The notes below the pieces were generated by a model. The model searched no databases and was not told the DNA's origin. It saw only the letters and a list, made by a program, of their open reading frames with translations. A DNA stretch of 64,000 nt from assembly GCA_964291675.2 (NCBI GenBank), contig OZ219866.1, positions 416,001 through 480,000 on the forward strand, in the 5' to 3' direction. The position numbers and the translations under genes are program-made. Positions 45,046 to 55,171 of the stretch are shown here, in pieces. The DNA is from Alphaproteobacteria bacterium (GTDB lineage Bacteria > Pseudomonadota > Alphaproteobacteria > MPNO01). How positions within the stretch are numbered: the stretch's first letter is position 1; every line of letters begins with the position of its first letter.

Positions 45046-45459
45046 ATGGCCGACACCGTCGAATTCGAGCTGGTCTCGCCGGAGAGGCTGCTGCTCTCCG
45101 TCCCGGTGGAGATGGTGGTGGTCCCCGGCGCGGAGGGCGATTTCGGCGTCCTGCCGGGCCACGCGCCGATGATTTCCACCCTGCGGCCGGGCGTGATCGC
45201 GATCTACAGGGACAAGGCGGTCGACCGCCGGGTCTTCGTCGCGGCCGGCGTCGCCGAGGTCCGGCCCGAGCGCTGCACGGTGCTGGCGGAGGATGCGGTT
45301 CCGCTGGAGGAGGCCGACGAGGCGGAGGCCGAGCGCCGCATCGCCCGGGCGCGCGAGGCGCTCGAACGCGCCGCCGACGAGGGCGCCGCCGAGGAGGCCC
45401 GCAGGCGGCTGGCGGCGGCCGAGGCGCTCCGCGCCGCGATCGCGAACGCCCGCATCTGA
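45046..45459 (+). CDS. atpC: ATP synthase epsilon subunit
   Basis: FELVSPE, EGDFGVLPGHAP. Confidence 0.96.
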   Translation: MADTVEFELVSPERLLLSVPVEMVVVPGAEGDFGVLPGHAPMISTLRPGVIAIYRDKAVDRRVFVAAGVAEVRPERCTVLAEDAVPLEEADEAEAERRIARAREALERAADEGAAEEARRRLAAAEALRAAIANARI

Positions 45460-45582
45460 CGAATCGACCGCCCCCTGCCCGCCGCGACCGCCGGATCGCC
45501 GCTTGACATCCCGGGAGTCGGAATGATTTCCTAGCTCATCGATGTCCATGAAAGGCGGGATCACATCAGGGGGAGTGTCGGG

Positions 45583-46398
45583 ATGGCAGGATGGACCCTT
45601 GCCGATATTCCTTGGGATGAATTTGACCGGGATCGGGTCGATCCAGACATTGTTCCGATCGTCAAGGCGGCGAGCCTTGTCGAGTACAACGCCGAGGATT
45701 ATCGGCTCTACCTGAACGGCGTCTTTCACGACGACCCGCGCATGCGGAGGGCGGTCGACGGCTGGGCGGAGGAAGAGGTCCAGCACGGCGTCGCGCTCGC
45801 CCGCTGGGCCAGGATGGCCGATCCTGAGTTCGACTTCGAGGCGAGCTTCGCGCGTTTCCGCGACGGTTTCAGGCTGCCCGTCGGGCTGAGCGATTCGGTG
45901 CGTGGCAGCCGCTGCGGCGAGCTCGTCGCGCGCTGCATGGTCGAGACCGGGACCAACACCTATTACAGCGCGCTCGCCGAAGCGACCGATGAGCCGGTGC
46001 TGAAGGAGATATGCAGGCGGATCGCGGCCGACGAGTTCGCCCATTACTGTCTCTTCCACACCCACATGGAGCGCTATCTGGACCGCGAGGCGCTCGGCTT
46101 CTGGAGCCGCCTGCGGGTCGCGGCGGCGCGCATCGGCGAGACCGAGGACGACGAGCTGGCCTACGCCTATTACGCGGCGAATGGCGGCGACCGTCCCTAT
46201 GACCGGCGGCGCAACAGCGGCGCCTACGGCAGGGGCGCGCTGTCGTACTGCACGCCGGGGACGCTGGAGCGCAGCGTGGACATGGTCCTGCACGCGGTCG
46301 GCATCAGGACGCGGCGCTGGATCTCCCGGCCGGCCGGGCTGTTGTTCTGGGTGCTTCTCAGGCTCAGGATGTCGTTGCTCGCACGCGGCGTGCATTAG
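45583..46398 (+). CDS. Ferritin-like di-iron domain protein
   Basis: EEVQH and DEFAH ExxH pairs. Confidence 0.85.
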   Translation: MAGWTLADIPWDEFDRDRVDPDIVPIVKAASLVEYNAEDYRLYLNGVFHDDPRMRRAVDGWAEEEVQHGVALARWARMADPEFDFEASFARFRDGFRLPVGLSDSVRGSRCGELVARCMVETGTNTYYSALAEATDEPVLKEICRRIAADEFAHYCLFHTHMERYLDREALGFWSRLRVAAARIGETEDDELAYAYYAANGGDRPYDRRRNSGAYGRGALSYCTPGTLERSVDMVLHAVGIRTRRWISRPAGLLFWVLLRLRMSLLARGVH

Positions 46399-46897
46399 GG
46401 TCCGCGCCGGTCTCGCGCGCGATCCGGTCCGCGAACGCGGCGGCGATTTCGGCATAGACCGCGCGCTTGAAGGGAACGATCCGGGCCGCGACGTCGGCTA
46501 GCCGCATCCACCGCCACGCGTCGAATTCGGGCGGATCGACGGCGGCGATGTCGATATCTCCGTCCTCGCCGTGGAAGCTTGCGAGGAACCATTTCTGCGC
46601 CTGGCCGCGATAGCGCCCGCCCCACATCCGCCCTTGCAGCCCGGCGGGCAGGTCGTAGGTCAGCCAGCCCTCCGTCGCGTGAACGATGCTCGCCCGGTCG
46701 GTTCCCGTCTCCTCGGCCAGCTCGCGCAGCGCCGCGGTTTCGGGGGATTCTCCGGGCTCGATGCCGCCCTGGGGAAATTGCCAGGAAGCGGGCCTGGTGT
46801 CCCCCCGGCGGCCGGCGAAGACCAGACCGGCCCGGTTGAAGAGCACGATCCCGACGCAGGGCCGGTAGCCTTCGGGCGGCGGGCGGTTTGCGTTCAT
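46364..46897 (-). CDS. rppH: RNA pyrophosphohydrolase
   Basis: YRPCVG, WQFPQGGI, Nudix box RELAEETG, GQAQKWF. Confidence 0.93.
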   Translation of the reverse strand: MNANRPPPEGYRPCVGIVLFNRAGLVFAGRRGDTRPASWQFPQGGIEPGESPETAALRELAEETGTDRASIVHATEGWLTYDLPAGLQGRMWGGRYRGQAQKWFLASFHGEDGDIDIAAVDPPEFDAWRWMRLADVAARIVPFKRAVYAEIAAAFADRIARETGADPNARRVRATTS

Positions 46898-46944
46898 CCG
46901 CGGGCGGCCGGTCCGCGGCTTGCCGGGAGTCCGCGGGTCGGGGA

Positions 46945-48233
46945 TCAGTTGGTGGCTGTTTTTCCGAACAGGGAGAGGCCGCGCAGAAGGTCGAGGGCGC
47001 GCGTCAACTGGTAGTCCTGCGGCGGCTCCTCCGCCTGGCCCTCGGATGGCTTCGCGTCATCCCGGCCCGCCTCCTCGCCTTCGCCCTCGTTCGGGTTGTT
47101 CAGCGCGCCGCGCAGATCGCCCTCGCGCCGGCGTCCCTCCTCGTCGAGGATCTCGACCCGGGCCTGCTCGACCACGATGTCGGGCTCGATCCCCTTGGCC
47201 TGAATCGAGCGTCCGGAGGGGGTGTAGTAATGCGCCGTCGTGAGCCGGATCGCGCCATGCCCTTCCAGGGGAACGATGGTCTGAACCGAGCCCTTGCCGA
47301 AGGAACGCGTCCCCATGACGATGGCGCGGCGGTGATCCTGCAGCGCGCCGGCGACGATCTCCGAGGCCGACGCCGAACCGCCGTTGATCAGCACCACCAT
47401 GGGCAAGCCGTCGGCGCTGTCCCCGGTCTTGGCGTTGAAGCGCTGCGCGTCGTCGGGACGGCGCGACCGGGTGGATACGATCTCGCCGCGTTCGAGGAAG
47501 AAATCGGCCACCTTGACCGATTGTTCCAGCAACCCGCCCGGGTTGTTGCGGAGATCGAGCACCAGCCCCTTCACCTCGCCGCCGATTTCGGCGCGGAGCT
47601 TTTCCATCGCCCGTTCGATCCCGCCCAGCGTCTGCTCGCTGAAGGAGATGATGCGGACATAGCCGATATCCCCCTCGGCGCGCGACCGCACGGACTGGAT
47701 CTTGATCACCGCGCGGGTGATGGTGACGTCGAAGGGCTCGCGGTTGGCGCGACGCACGGTGAGCATGATGTCGGTGTCGGGCGGACCGCGCATGCGCTCG
47801 ACGGCCTCGGACAGGGTGAGTCCCAGCACCGCTTCGTTGTCGAGATGGGTGATCAGGTCGCCGGATTGCAGGCCCGCGCGATGGGCCGGCGTGTCGTCGA
47901 TCGGCGAGACCACCTTGACGAGCCGTTCTCCATCGTGACCTCGATGCCGAGCCCGCCGATCTCGCCGCGGCTCTGGACCTGCATTTCCCGGAAATTCTTG
48001 GCGTTCAGATAGCTCGAATGCGGGTCGAGCGAGGTCAACATGCCATTGATCGCGGACTCGATCAGCTTCTCGTCGCTCACATCCGTGACGTAATCCGCGC
48101 GCACCCGTTCGAACACGTCGCCGAACAGGTTCAGCAGGCGGTAGGTCTCGGACGTGTTCGACTGCGCTTGGGCATGGACCGGAGCGCTCAGAAGAAAAAT
48201 GGCCGCAACCGTTGCGAATTTCCGCAGCCGCAT
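46945..48233 (-). CDS. ctpA: S41 carboxyl-terminal processing protease, apparent frameshift near 47922 (probably an error)
   Basis: SLDPHS, GGLGIEV in ORF 47853-48233; DLRNNPGG, SASASEI, GKGSVQ in ORF 46945-47913; one base restores MENGLVKVVSPID. Confidence 0.9.
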
Positions 48234-49486
48234 TATCCGCCCACCTTGTCGCTGTTTTCCGTCAGCCAGGGCAGCGGGTCGACAGGCCGGCCGCCGCGGC
48301 GCAATTCGATATAGAGGCGCTCGCCGACGCCGGAACCCGTTCCCATCGTCCCGACGGGTTCTCCGGAAACCAGGTCGTCGCCGACACGAGCGTCTAGCCG
48401 TTCGAGACCCGCTAGCATCGCATGATATCCCTCGCCGTGGTCGATTATCAAGAGTTCGCCGTAGCTCAGGAAGGGTTCGGCGAAGACCACCCGGCCGGCG
48501 CGCGGAGCGACGACCTGGCCGGAAGAACGGGTTCGTATCGTGACCCCCCTTGTGGCCAGGCCGCTCGGGGCGGGGTCGCCGAAACGGCCGATGACGGGGC
48601 CGGCCGCGGGCAGCCGGGAGGCGGATGCGCGTCTGGAGGCGGGGCGGATGCCGGGCGAGGCGGCGGCCGGGTCCGTTTGCGGGCCGGCCGGGACGAGGTC
48701 TTTGGGCCGCAGCCGCGTCGCCCGGCGCATCCGGGCGAGGCGGTCGATCAACGCTTCGATGCTTCGGGTCCCCTGTTCCCCGCCATCGGGTCCGGACCGC
48801 GCCGCCCCGCTCTCCTCGGACGGCCCGTCGCCGCGGCCGGATCGGATTTCGACCAGATCGGCAAGAACCCGTCGTTCTTCGCCGAGCCTGGCGGCGGCGA
48901 GGCCGTGCTGCCGGCGCTGCCCGGCAATCCGGCGGCGGAGAGAGTGGAGCTTCCGCACATCGGCCGCCAGCCCGCGCGCATCGCGGTCCAGCGACGGCGT
49001 GGCCGCGGCAAGCAGCAGGCGGCCGCGCAGCACGGCGATGGCATTGGGGAGGGGGACGACGGGTCGATGCTCGGGGCGGCGGGCGAGGCGCTGCAGGGCG
49101 GCCAGCAGCCGCGCCGCCTCGTTCCGGCGACCGGCCAGGGATGCGGCGGCGGCGCGCTCCTCGCGGTCCAGCAGCGGAAGCGTGTCCTCCAGCCGCGTCA
49201 ACTCGTCCTCGAGGGCGAGCACGGATGAAGCGGTGGAGACGAGATGCCGCTTGAGCGCGCTCAGCGCGCGCCTTGCCGCCTCGGCCTCATGGCTGAGCGC
49301 CGCCGGGTCGGAGTGCGCATGCCCGATCGCCTCCTCCGCCCGGTCGTTCGGATCCAGGGCCGGGGCCGTTTCGTCACGTGCGTGAGAGGCGTCGAGCGCG
49401 GCGACGGCGGAGAGAGCCGCCACCGCCGCCGCGACGACGAACGGAAATGGCAGGTTCAAGACGCGCTTCGTTCCCTGATGTGCCAT
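48233..49486 (-). CDS. envC: Murein hydrolase activator EnvC family (coiled coil + degenerate M23)
   Basis: YGELLIIDHG, LYIELR, PVDPLPW; lies between rlmH and ctpA. Confidence 0.82.
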   Translation of the reverse strand: MAHQGTKRVLNLPFPFVVAAAVAALSAVAALDASHARDETAPALDPNDRAEEAIGHAHSDPAALSHEAEAARRALSALKRHLVSTASSVLALEDELTRLEDTLPLLDREERAAAASLAGRRNEAARLLAALQRLARRPEHRPVVPLPNAIAVLRGRLLLAAATPSLDRDARGLAADVRKLHSLRRRIAGQRRQHGLAAARLGEERRVLADLVEIRSGRGDGPSEESGAARSGPDGGEQGTRSIEALIDRLARMRRATRLRPKDLVPAGPQTDPAAASPGIRPASRRASASRLPAAGPVIGRFGDPAPSGLATRGVTIRTRSSGQVVAPRAGRVVFAEPFLSYGELLIIDHGEGYHAMLAGLERLDARVGDDLVSGEPVGTMGTGSGVGERLYIELRRGGRPVDPLPWLTENSDKVGG

Positions 49487-49523
49487 CCTCTATATAGCGG
49501 CGTGGCAGCCGGGGTTGTAGCCG

Positions 49524-49994
49524 TCAGACCGGTTCCCTCGCCCGGTGATAGGGATGGCCGGCAAGAATTTCCTGGGCGCGGAAGATCTGCTCGGCCAGCA
49601 TGGCGCGGACCAGCAAATGCGGCCAGGTGGCGGCGCCGAAGGCCAGAACCAGATCGGCCGCGCCGACCAGAGACGGCGCGAGGCCTTCGGCGCCGCCGAT
49701 CAGAAAGACGATCTCCTTGCTGCCGCGGTCGCGCAGCTCGCCGAGCCGACGGGCGAAGTCCTCGCTCGACAGGTTTCGTCCCGCGGCGTCGAGCGCGACG
49801 ACAGGGGCACCCGCGGGACAGCACGCGGCGAGCAGCCCGGCCTCGCGCCGGACCGTCTCCGCGGGGGTTCGGCGCCCGCGGGTCTCGACCTCCCGCAACC
49901 GGACGTCCCAGCGGATACGGCTCCGGTAGCGTTCGAAGAGGGTCCGCTCCGGTCCGTCCCTGAACCGGCCGGGCGAAGCGATCGTGAGGCGCAT
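49524..49994 (-). CDS. rlmH: 23S rRNA m3Psi1915 methyltransferase
   Basis: IGGAEG, TWPHLLVR, GHPYHR. Confidence 0.95.
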   Translation of the reverse strand: MRLTIASPGRFRDGPERTLFERYRSRIRWDVRLREVETRGRRTPAETVRREAGLLAACCPAGAPVVALDAAGRNLSSEDFARRLGELRDRGSKEIVFLIGGAEGLAPSLVGAADLVLAFGAATWPHLLVRAMLAEQIFRAQEILAGHPYHRAREPV

Positions 49995-50015
49995 CGAACC
50001 CCGCGCTGCGTCCGG

Positions 50016-50399
50016 TCACCCGCCGGCGCGGGACGGCCGTCCGTCCTGGTCGAGCGCCACGCCCCACATCTTCTCGATGTTGTAGAAGGACCGGATTTCC
50101 GGGCGGAACAGGTGCACGATCACGTCTCCGGCGTCGATCAGCACCCAGTCGCCCTGGCGCAGCCCTTCCGGCTTCAGCCCGACGAGACCGGCGCTCTTGA
50201 GGCGCTGCAGCAGCCGTTCCGCCAGGGCGGCGACCTGGCGGCTCGAAGTACCGGTCGCGACGACCATGTTGTCGGCCATCGTCGACTTGCCCTTGAGGTC
50301 GATATTCACGACATCGACCGCCTTGAGGTCTTCGAGGCAGGTCATGACCACCTCGATCAGGGCCCGGGGGGCCGGTTCGGCCGTTTGGGTCTCTGCTAT
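50016..50399 (-). CDS. rsfS: Ribosome silencing factor; start uncertain
   Basis: LEDLKA, WVLIDAGDVIVHLF, FYNIEKMW. Confidence 0.93.
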   Translation of the reverse strand: MAETQTAEPAPRALIEVVMTCLEDLKAVDVVNIDLKGKSTMADNMVVATGTSSRQVAALAERLLQRLKSAGLVGLKPEGLRQGDWVLIDAGDVIVHLFRPEIRSFYNIEKMWGVALDQDGRPSRAGG

Positions 50400-50621
50400 G
50401 GGGCGCTCCTGTCGCGGCACGGCGGCGCCTCGCTCACGGGGCCGCACGCGGCGCTTCGCGGGACGATATTTCGGGTGGCTTGGCCTGCACCGAACCGTGG
50501 GCGTCCCGGGCCGTGGACCCGACCCTCGGCAACGCCCGCGCTGATTCGCTGGCCGGCATGCCGGAAGAATAGGCGGCGCGGGCGCAAATCGCAATGGAGA
50601 GCGCCGGCCGGGCTCCATCCA

Positions 50622-51938
50622 TCACACCAGCCCCGGCAGCCAGAGGCAGGTCGCGGGCAGGGCGAGGATGATCGCCACGCGGACGAAGTCGCTCAGCAGA
50701 AACGGCACGATGCCGCGGAACGAATCGCCGAGCGGGACGCCGTCGGCGAGCGAGTTGATCACATAGACGTTGAGGCCGATCGGCGGGGTGATCAGCCCCA
50801 CCTCGACCACGATCAGGGCGAGGATGCCGAACCAGATCGCGATCTCCTCCTCGCTGAAGCCGAAATCGAGCCCGGTGACCAGCGGGAAGAACACCGGGAC
50901 CGTGAGCAGGATCATCGCCAGGCTGTCCATCACGCAGCCCAGCACCAGATAGACCAGCAGGATGCCGATCAGGATCGACATCGGCGCGAGCCCCGACGCC
51001 GCGAGCAGGTCGGCGAGCTCGACCGGGATCTGCGACAGCGCGAGAAAGCCGTTATAGATCTCGGCGCTGATCAGGATGATGAAGATCATCGCCGTGGCCT
51101 GGGCGGTCTCCAGCAGGCTGGAGGCGAAGCTCTCCCAGCTCAGCCGGCCGAAGACGATCGCCACCAGCCCGGTCGCCGCGGCCCCGATCGCCGCGCCTTC
51201 GGTGGGGGTGAACACGCCGAGATAGATGCCGCCGATGACGAGGACGAAAATCGCCGCCACCGGCCACACCGCGCCGAGGCTCCTTATCCTCTCGCGCAGC
51301 GGCACCGACGGGGCGACCGGGCCGGCTTCGGGGTTGAGCCGGACATAGACGGCGATGGCGATCGCATAGCCGACGGTCGCGACGATCCCGGGGATCAGGG
51401 CGGCGAGGAACAGCTTGCCCACCGACTGCTCGGTGATGATGGCGTAGATCACCAGGATCACCGAGGGCGGGATCAGGATGCCGAGCGTGCCGCCGGCGGC
51501 GAGCGTGCCGGTCGCCAGCGCGCCGGAATAGCCGTAGCGCTTCATCTCGGGTAGCGCGACGGAGGCCATCGTCGCCCCGGTCGCGATCGACGAGCCGCAG
51601 ATCGCGCCGAACGCCGCGCAGCCGCAGATCGTCGAGATCGCGAGCCCGCCGCGCCGGTGTCCGACCCAGGCGCGCGCGGCCTCGAACAGCGAGCGGCTGA
51701 GCCCGGCCTGGGTGGCGAACTGCCCCATCAGCAGGAACAGCGGCAGCACGGATAGCGTGTAGCTGGAGACCCGCCCGAACGGGCCGGTGTTCAAGAGGTT
51801 GAGAAACGCCGACCAGCCGGCGAGCGACACAAAGCCGAACCCGCCGACGACGAACATCGCCACCCCGACCGGCATGCGGAAGGCGATCAGGATCAGGCAG
51901 ATCGCGAACAGGAGGGCGCCGAACTCGATATTGCTCAT
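50622..51938 (-). CDS. TRAP transporter large permease (DctM)
   Basis: PLFLLMG, GTLGILIPPS, GLITPPIG. Confidence 0.94.
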   Translation of the reverse strand: MSNIEFGALLFAICLILIAFRMPVGVAMFVVGGFGFVSLAGWSAFLNLLNTGPFGRVSSYTLSVLPLFLLMGQFATQAGLSRSLFEAARAWVGHRRGGLAISTICGCAAFGAICGSSIATGATMASVALPEMKRYGYSGALATGTLAAGGTLGILIPPSVILVIYAIITEQSVGKLFLAALIPGIVATVGYAIAIAVYVRLNPEAGPVAPSVPLRERIRSLGAVWPVAAIFVLVIGGIYLGVFTPTEGAAIGAAATGLVAIVFGRLSWESFASSLLETAQATAMIFIILISAEIYNGFLALSQIPVELADLLAASGLAPMSILIGILLVYLVLGCVMDSLAMILLTVPVFFPLVTGLDFGFSEEEIAIWFGILALIVVEVGLITPPIGLNVYVINSLADGVPLGDSFRGIVPFLLSDFVRVAIILALPATCLWLPGLV

Positions 51939-52453
51939 CGGCGAAGCATGCGGATATGGCGCCAGAGCACCCAGACGCAGACCGCGGTCAGCAGCATCGC
52001 GCCGAGCAGCGCCGGGAAATAGCCCCAGTAGATGGGGATGTCGAGAAACAGCGTGGTCTCCTCGTCGGCGAGCTTGTGCAGCCCGCCGACCAGGAGCCGC
52101 CAGGCGATCAGCCCGGCGACGACGGCAAAGGCGAAGCTGTGCACCGTATCGAGCGCCGTCTTGCGCCGCGGCGACAGCCTGGCGGTGAAGAACTCGACGA
52201 CGATGTTCGCGTTCCTGAGATGGCAATAGGGGAAGAAGGCGAACACGGCGACGCCGCAGACCAGCTCGGTGATCTCGTAATCGCCGGGGATCGGCGCGTT
52301 GAACGCGTAGCGGCCGATGACGCTGATCACGGTCATCGCCATGACCCCGATCAGCAGCACCCCGCCGGCCATCGCCACCGCCCGGCCGATGCGCTCGATC
52401 GCGGCGTCTAGCCGGGCCTCCCCGGGACCGGGTTCCGCGCTATTGCCGATCAC
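51935..52453 (-). CDS. TRAP transporter small permease (DctQ)
   Basis: Four TMs, GRY.FNAPIPGDYE. Confidence 0.9.
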   Translation of the reverse strand: MIGNSAEPGPGEARLDAAIERIGRAVAMAGGVLLIGVMAMTVISVIGRYAFNAPIPGDYEITELVCGVAVFAFFPYCHLRNANIVVEFFTARLSPRRKTALDTVHSFAFAVVAGLIAWRLLVGGLHKLADEETTLFLDIPIYWGYFPALLGAMLLTAVCVWVLWRHIRMLRR

Positions 52454-52470
52454 CCGGGACGGCCCCGGGG

Positions 52471-53505
52471 CTACTGGCTGTATTTGGCGACCAGCCGCCT
52501 CGCATCGGCCACCAGCGCCTTGCCGTCATGCCCCTTGGCGGCGACCTTCTCGACCCAGGCGTCGACCACCTTCTGGGTGGCCTTGCGCCAGCGTTGGCGC
52601 TCGGCATCGTCGAGGGCGAGGATCCGGTGGCCCCGCTCGACCGCGAGCGCGCGCCCGGGCTTCTCGTCGTCCTGCCACATCCGGCCGAGCCGCCTGGCGA
52701 GCCCCATGCCGGTGCTGTCGTCGACGATCTTGCGGATGTCGGCTGGCAGCCCGTCATAGCGCTTCTTGTTCATCGTCATCAGGAAGAGCGCGCAGGAGAG
52801 CGCCACCTCGGTGTGGTACCTGGTCACCTCGTGCAGGCGGAACGGGCGCATGATGGTCCAGGGAATCCACGTCCCCTCGACGACGCCGCGCGACAGCGCC
52901 TCGTAGACCTTGGGGATCGGCATGCCGACCGGGACCGTTCCGAGCGCCCGCAGCATCGCCGCGCTCGCCCGCGACGGCGCGCGCATCTTCATCCCCTTGA
53001 GGTCCTCGAGCTTCTGGATCGGCTTCTTCGCGGTGTGGATGTGGCCGCGCGCGGTGGCGTGGAACACCAGGGGGTGCGTGTCCTTGTACTCGTTGCGCAG
53101 CCACTTGCCGTAGAACTCGGTCAGCGCCTGGCTGGTCGCCACCGCATCGCCGGCGACGAAGGGAAGCTCGAACACCTCGGTCAGCGGAAAGCGGCCCGGC
53201 GAGTAGCCGGGCAGCGTCCAGACGATGTCGACCACCCCGTCGCGCGCCTGGCCGTAGAGGTCGGACGGCTTGCCGCCGAGCTGCATCGCCGGGAAGACCT
53301 GGACCTTCACCTTGCCGGCGGATTGCTTCTCGATCTCCTTCGCCCAGGGCCGCATGAACAGGCGGTTGGCGATCGCCTTGGGCGAGTTGAAGTTGTGCAG
53401 GCGCAGCGTGAGCTCCTGCGCCCCGGCCCCGCCCGGAAGCGCGAACAGGGACCCCGCGGCCAGCACGGCAAGCGCCGCGGCTGCGATTGCGCGCATCACA
53501 CCCAT
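52471..53505 (-). CDS. TRAP substrate-binding protein (DctP)
   Basis: FPAMQLGG, DLKGMKMR, YEALSRGVVEG. Confidence 0.93.
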   Translation of the reverse strand: MGVMRAIAAAALAVLAAGSLFALPGGAGAQELTLRLHNFNSPKAIANRLFMRPWAKEIEKQSAGKVKVQVFPAMQLGGKPSDLYGQARDGVVDIVWTLPGYSPGRFPLTEVFELPFVAGDAVATSQALTEFYGKWLRNEYKDTHPLVFHATARGHIHTAKKPIQKLEDLKGMKMRAPSRASAAMLRALGTVPVGMPIPKVYEALSRGVVEGTWIPWTIMRPFRLHEVTRYHTEVALSCALFLMTMNKKRYDGLPADIRKIVDDSTGMGLARRLGRMWQDDEKPGRALAVERGHRILALDDAERQRWRKATQKVVDAWVEKVAAKGHDGKALVADARRLVAKYSQ

Positions 53506-53542
53506 GGTTTTCCTCCCCTCGGTCGGCGGACGGTCGCCGGTC

Positions 53543-54421
53543 TCAGAACGGCCTGCCGCCCTTGATCGTCACCCGCTGCATGGTCCGCCGCACCGGATAG
53601 TAGTCGTTGGCGGCGTAGTGCTGGGTCGACGGGTTGTCCCAGAACACGATGGAATCGGGCTCCCAGCGAAAGCGGAACTGGTGTTCCGGGATGCGCGGCA
53701 GGGTGAACAGAAACTCCAGCAGCGCCTTGCTCTCGTCCTGCCGCATGTCCTTGATGGCGATGGTGAACTGCTCGTTCACGAACACCGCCTTGCGCCCGGT
53801 CACCGGGTGGGTGCGGATCACCGGGTGCGCCGGGTTGGGCAGCTCGATCTCCATCTCGGCGAGCTTCGCGTGCCGTTCCCGGGGGGCCATGCGGTCGAAC
53901 TTGCGGCGGAAGTTCTTGAAGTCGTGGATCGCCTCCAGGCCCGACAGGAAGCTCTGCATGCGGTCGCTCAGACCGTCATGGGCGGCGCACATATCGGCCC
54001 ACATCGTGTCGCCCCCGACCGGCGGGATGGCGACGCAGCGCAGGATCGAGCCCATCGGCGGCTCTTCGCGGAAGGTCTCGTCCGAGTGCCAGATATCGGT
54101 CGAGAAGACCGGGTTGTCCTTGTGGTTGTCGAGCACGATGACCTCGGGCAGGTGCTCGAGATGCGGGACGAAGGGGTGGACGGAGACCTCGCCGAACCTG
54201 CGGCCGAAGGCGAGATGCTGCTCCGGGGTGATGTCCTGGTCGCGGAAGAAGACGACCTTGCGGTCCATCAGCGCGTCATGGATCGCCGCCACCGTGCCGT
54301 CGTCGAGCGGTCGGGCCAGGTCGACACCGCGTATCTCGGCGCCGATGGTGGGCTCCGCCGGGACGATCTCGATCCCGCCCTCCGACGCATCCGGGCGGCT
54401 TCGTTGGGCAAGCTGCGGCAT
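53543..54421 (-). CDS. TauD/TfdA-family Fe(II)/2-oxoglutarate dioxygenase
   Basis: WHSDET, GGDTMW, HPVIRTHP, WDN...QH. Confidence 0.93.
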   Translation of the reverse strand: MPQLAQRSRPDASEGGIEIVPAEPTIGAEIRGVDLARPLDDGTVAAIHDALMDRKVVFFRDQDITPEQHLAFGRRFGEVSVHPFVPHLEHLPEVIVLDNHKDNPVFSTDIWHSDETFREEPPMGSILRCVAIPPVGGDTMWADMCAAHDGLSDRMQSFLSGLEAIHDFKNFRRKFDRMAPRERHAKLAEMEIELPNPAHPVIRTHPVTGRKAVFVNEQFTIAIKDMRQDESKALLEFLFTLPRIPEHQFRFRWEPDSIVFWDNPSTQHYAANDYYPVRRTMQRVTIKGGRPF

Positions 54422-54486
54422 CGCGCACCCCCTGTATCCTGTGGGAAAGCGTATTTCCCGGCGCCGGAGAAGGCAAGCCGGCGGCG

Positions 54487-54541
54487 GGCGTATCGAAGGA
54501 CGCCACGCCGCTTCGGTTCCACTCGAACCGGACAGGCTCTA
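54487..54541. repeat. Partial REP family A followed by 28-bp motif copy 3
   Basis: GGCGTATCGAAGGACG then CGGTTCCACTCGAACCGGACAGGCTCTA; the CTA is the nadD stop. Confidence 0.75.
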
Positions 54542-55171
54542 TGGCGCGCCCGCCACCCGGTTCAGCGTGCGGCCCGCGCGTATCTCGGTCGCCGAGGCGG
54601 GATGCAGCCGGGTATGGAAGAAGCTCCACGCGGGCGGCCTGGCTTCCGCCAGCTTGTGCGCGTCCTTCGACCTGACCTTGAAGCGGGAGAAGGCCTGCGC
54701 CGCCTTGCCGGCCAGCGCGTCGAAGGAATACGGCGCCCGGTCGAACACGGCGATCGGCGCGAGGTTGAAGATCCTGGTCCATTGCCGCCACTGCGAGAGC
54801 TGCACCAAATTGTCGGCGCCCATGATCCAGACGAAATGCATGCGCGGGAAGCAGAAATCGAGCGCCGCCAGGGTGTGCGCGGTGTAGCCCGTGCCGAGCC
54901 GCCGCTCGATATCGGTGACGGCGATCGCCGGGTGGGTCGCAAGCGCCCGGGCGCCGGCCAGCCGCTCTTCGAACGGCGCCATTCCGGCGGTCGGCTTCAG
55001 CGGGTTCTGCGGCGAGACCATCCACCAGATCTCGTCCAGGCGCAGGTTCTTGAGCGCCAGGATCGAGATATGGAGATGGCCGTCATGGGCCGGGTTGAAC
55101 GACCCGCCCAGCAGGCCGACCCTGAGGCCCGGCGCGTCCAGGCCGCGGCGAATCGACGTGTAGACGGTCAG
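54539..55171 (-). CDS. nadD: Nicotinate-nucleotide adenylyltransferase; non-canonical start inferred
   Basis: [14 protein letters not shown] upstream of the listed ORF start, [21 protein letters not shown]. Confidence 0.93.
   Translation of the reverse strand: MTVYTSIRRGLDAPGLRVGLLGGSFNPAHDGHLHISILALKNLRLDEIWWMVSPQNPLKPTAGMAPFEERLAGARALATHPAIAVTDIERRLGTGYTAHTLAALDFCFPRMHFVWIMGADNLVQLSQWRQWTRIFNLAPIAVFDRAPYSFDALAGKAAQAFSRFKVRSKDAHKLAEARPPAWSFFHTRLHPASATEIRAGRTLNRVAGAP

Noticed and set aside
45503-45536. Promoter TTGACA upstream of the ferritin-like gene
   Set aside because: No convincing -10 element at proper spacing
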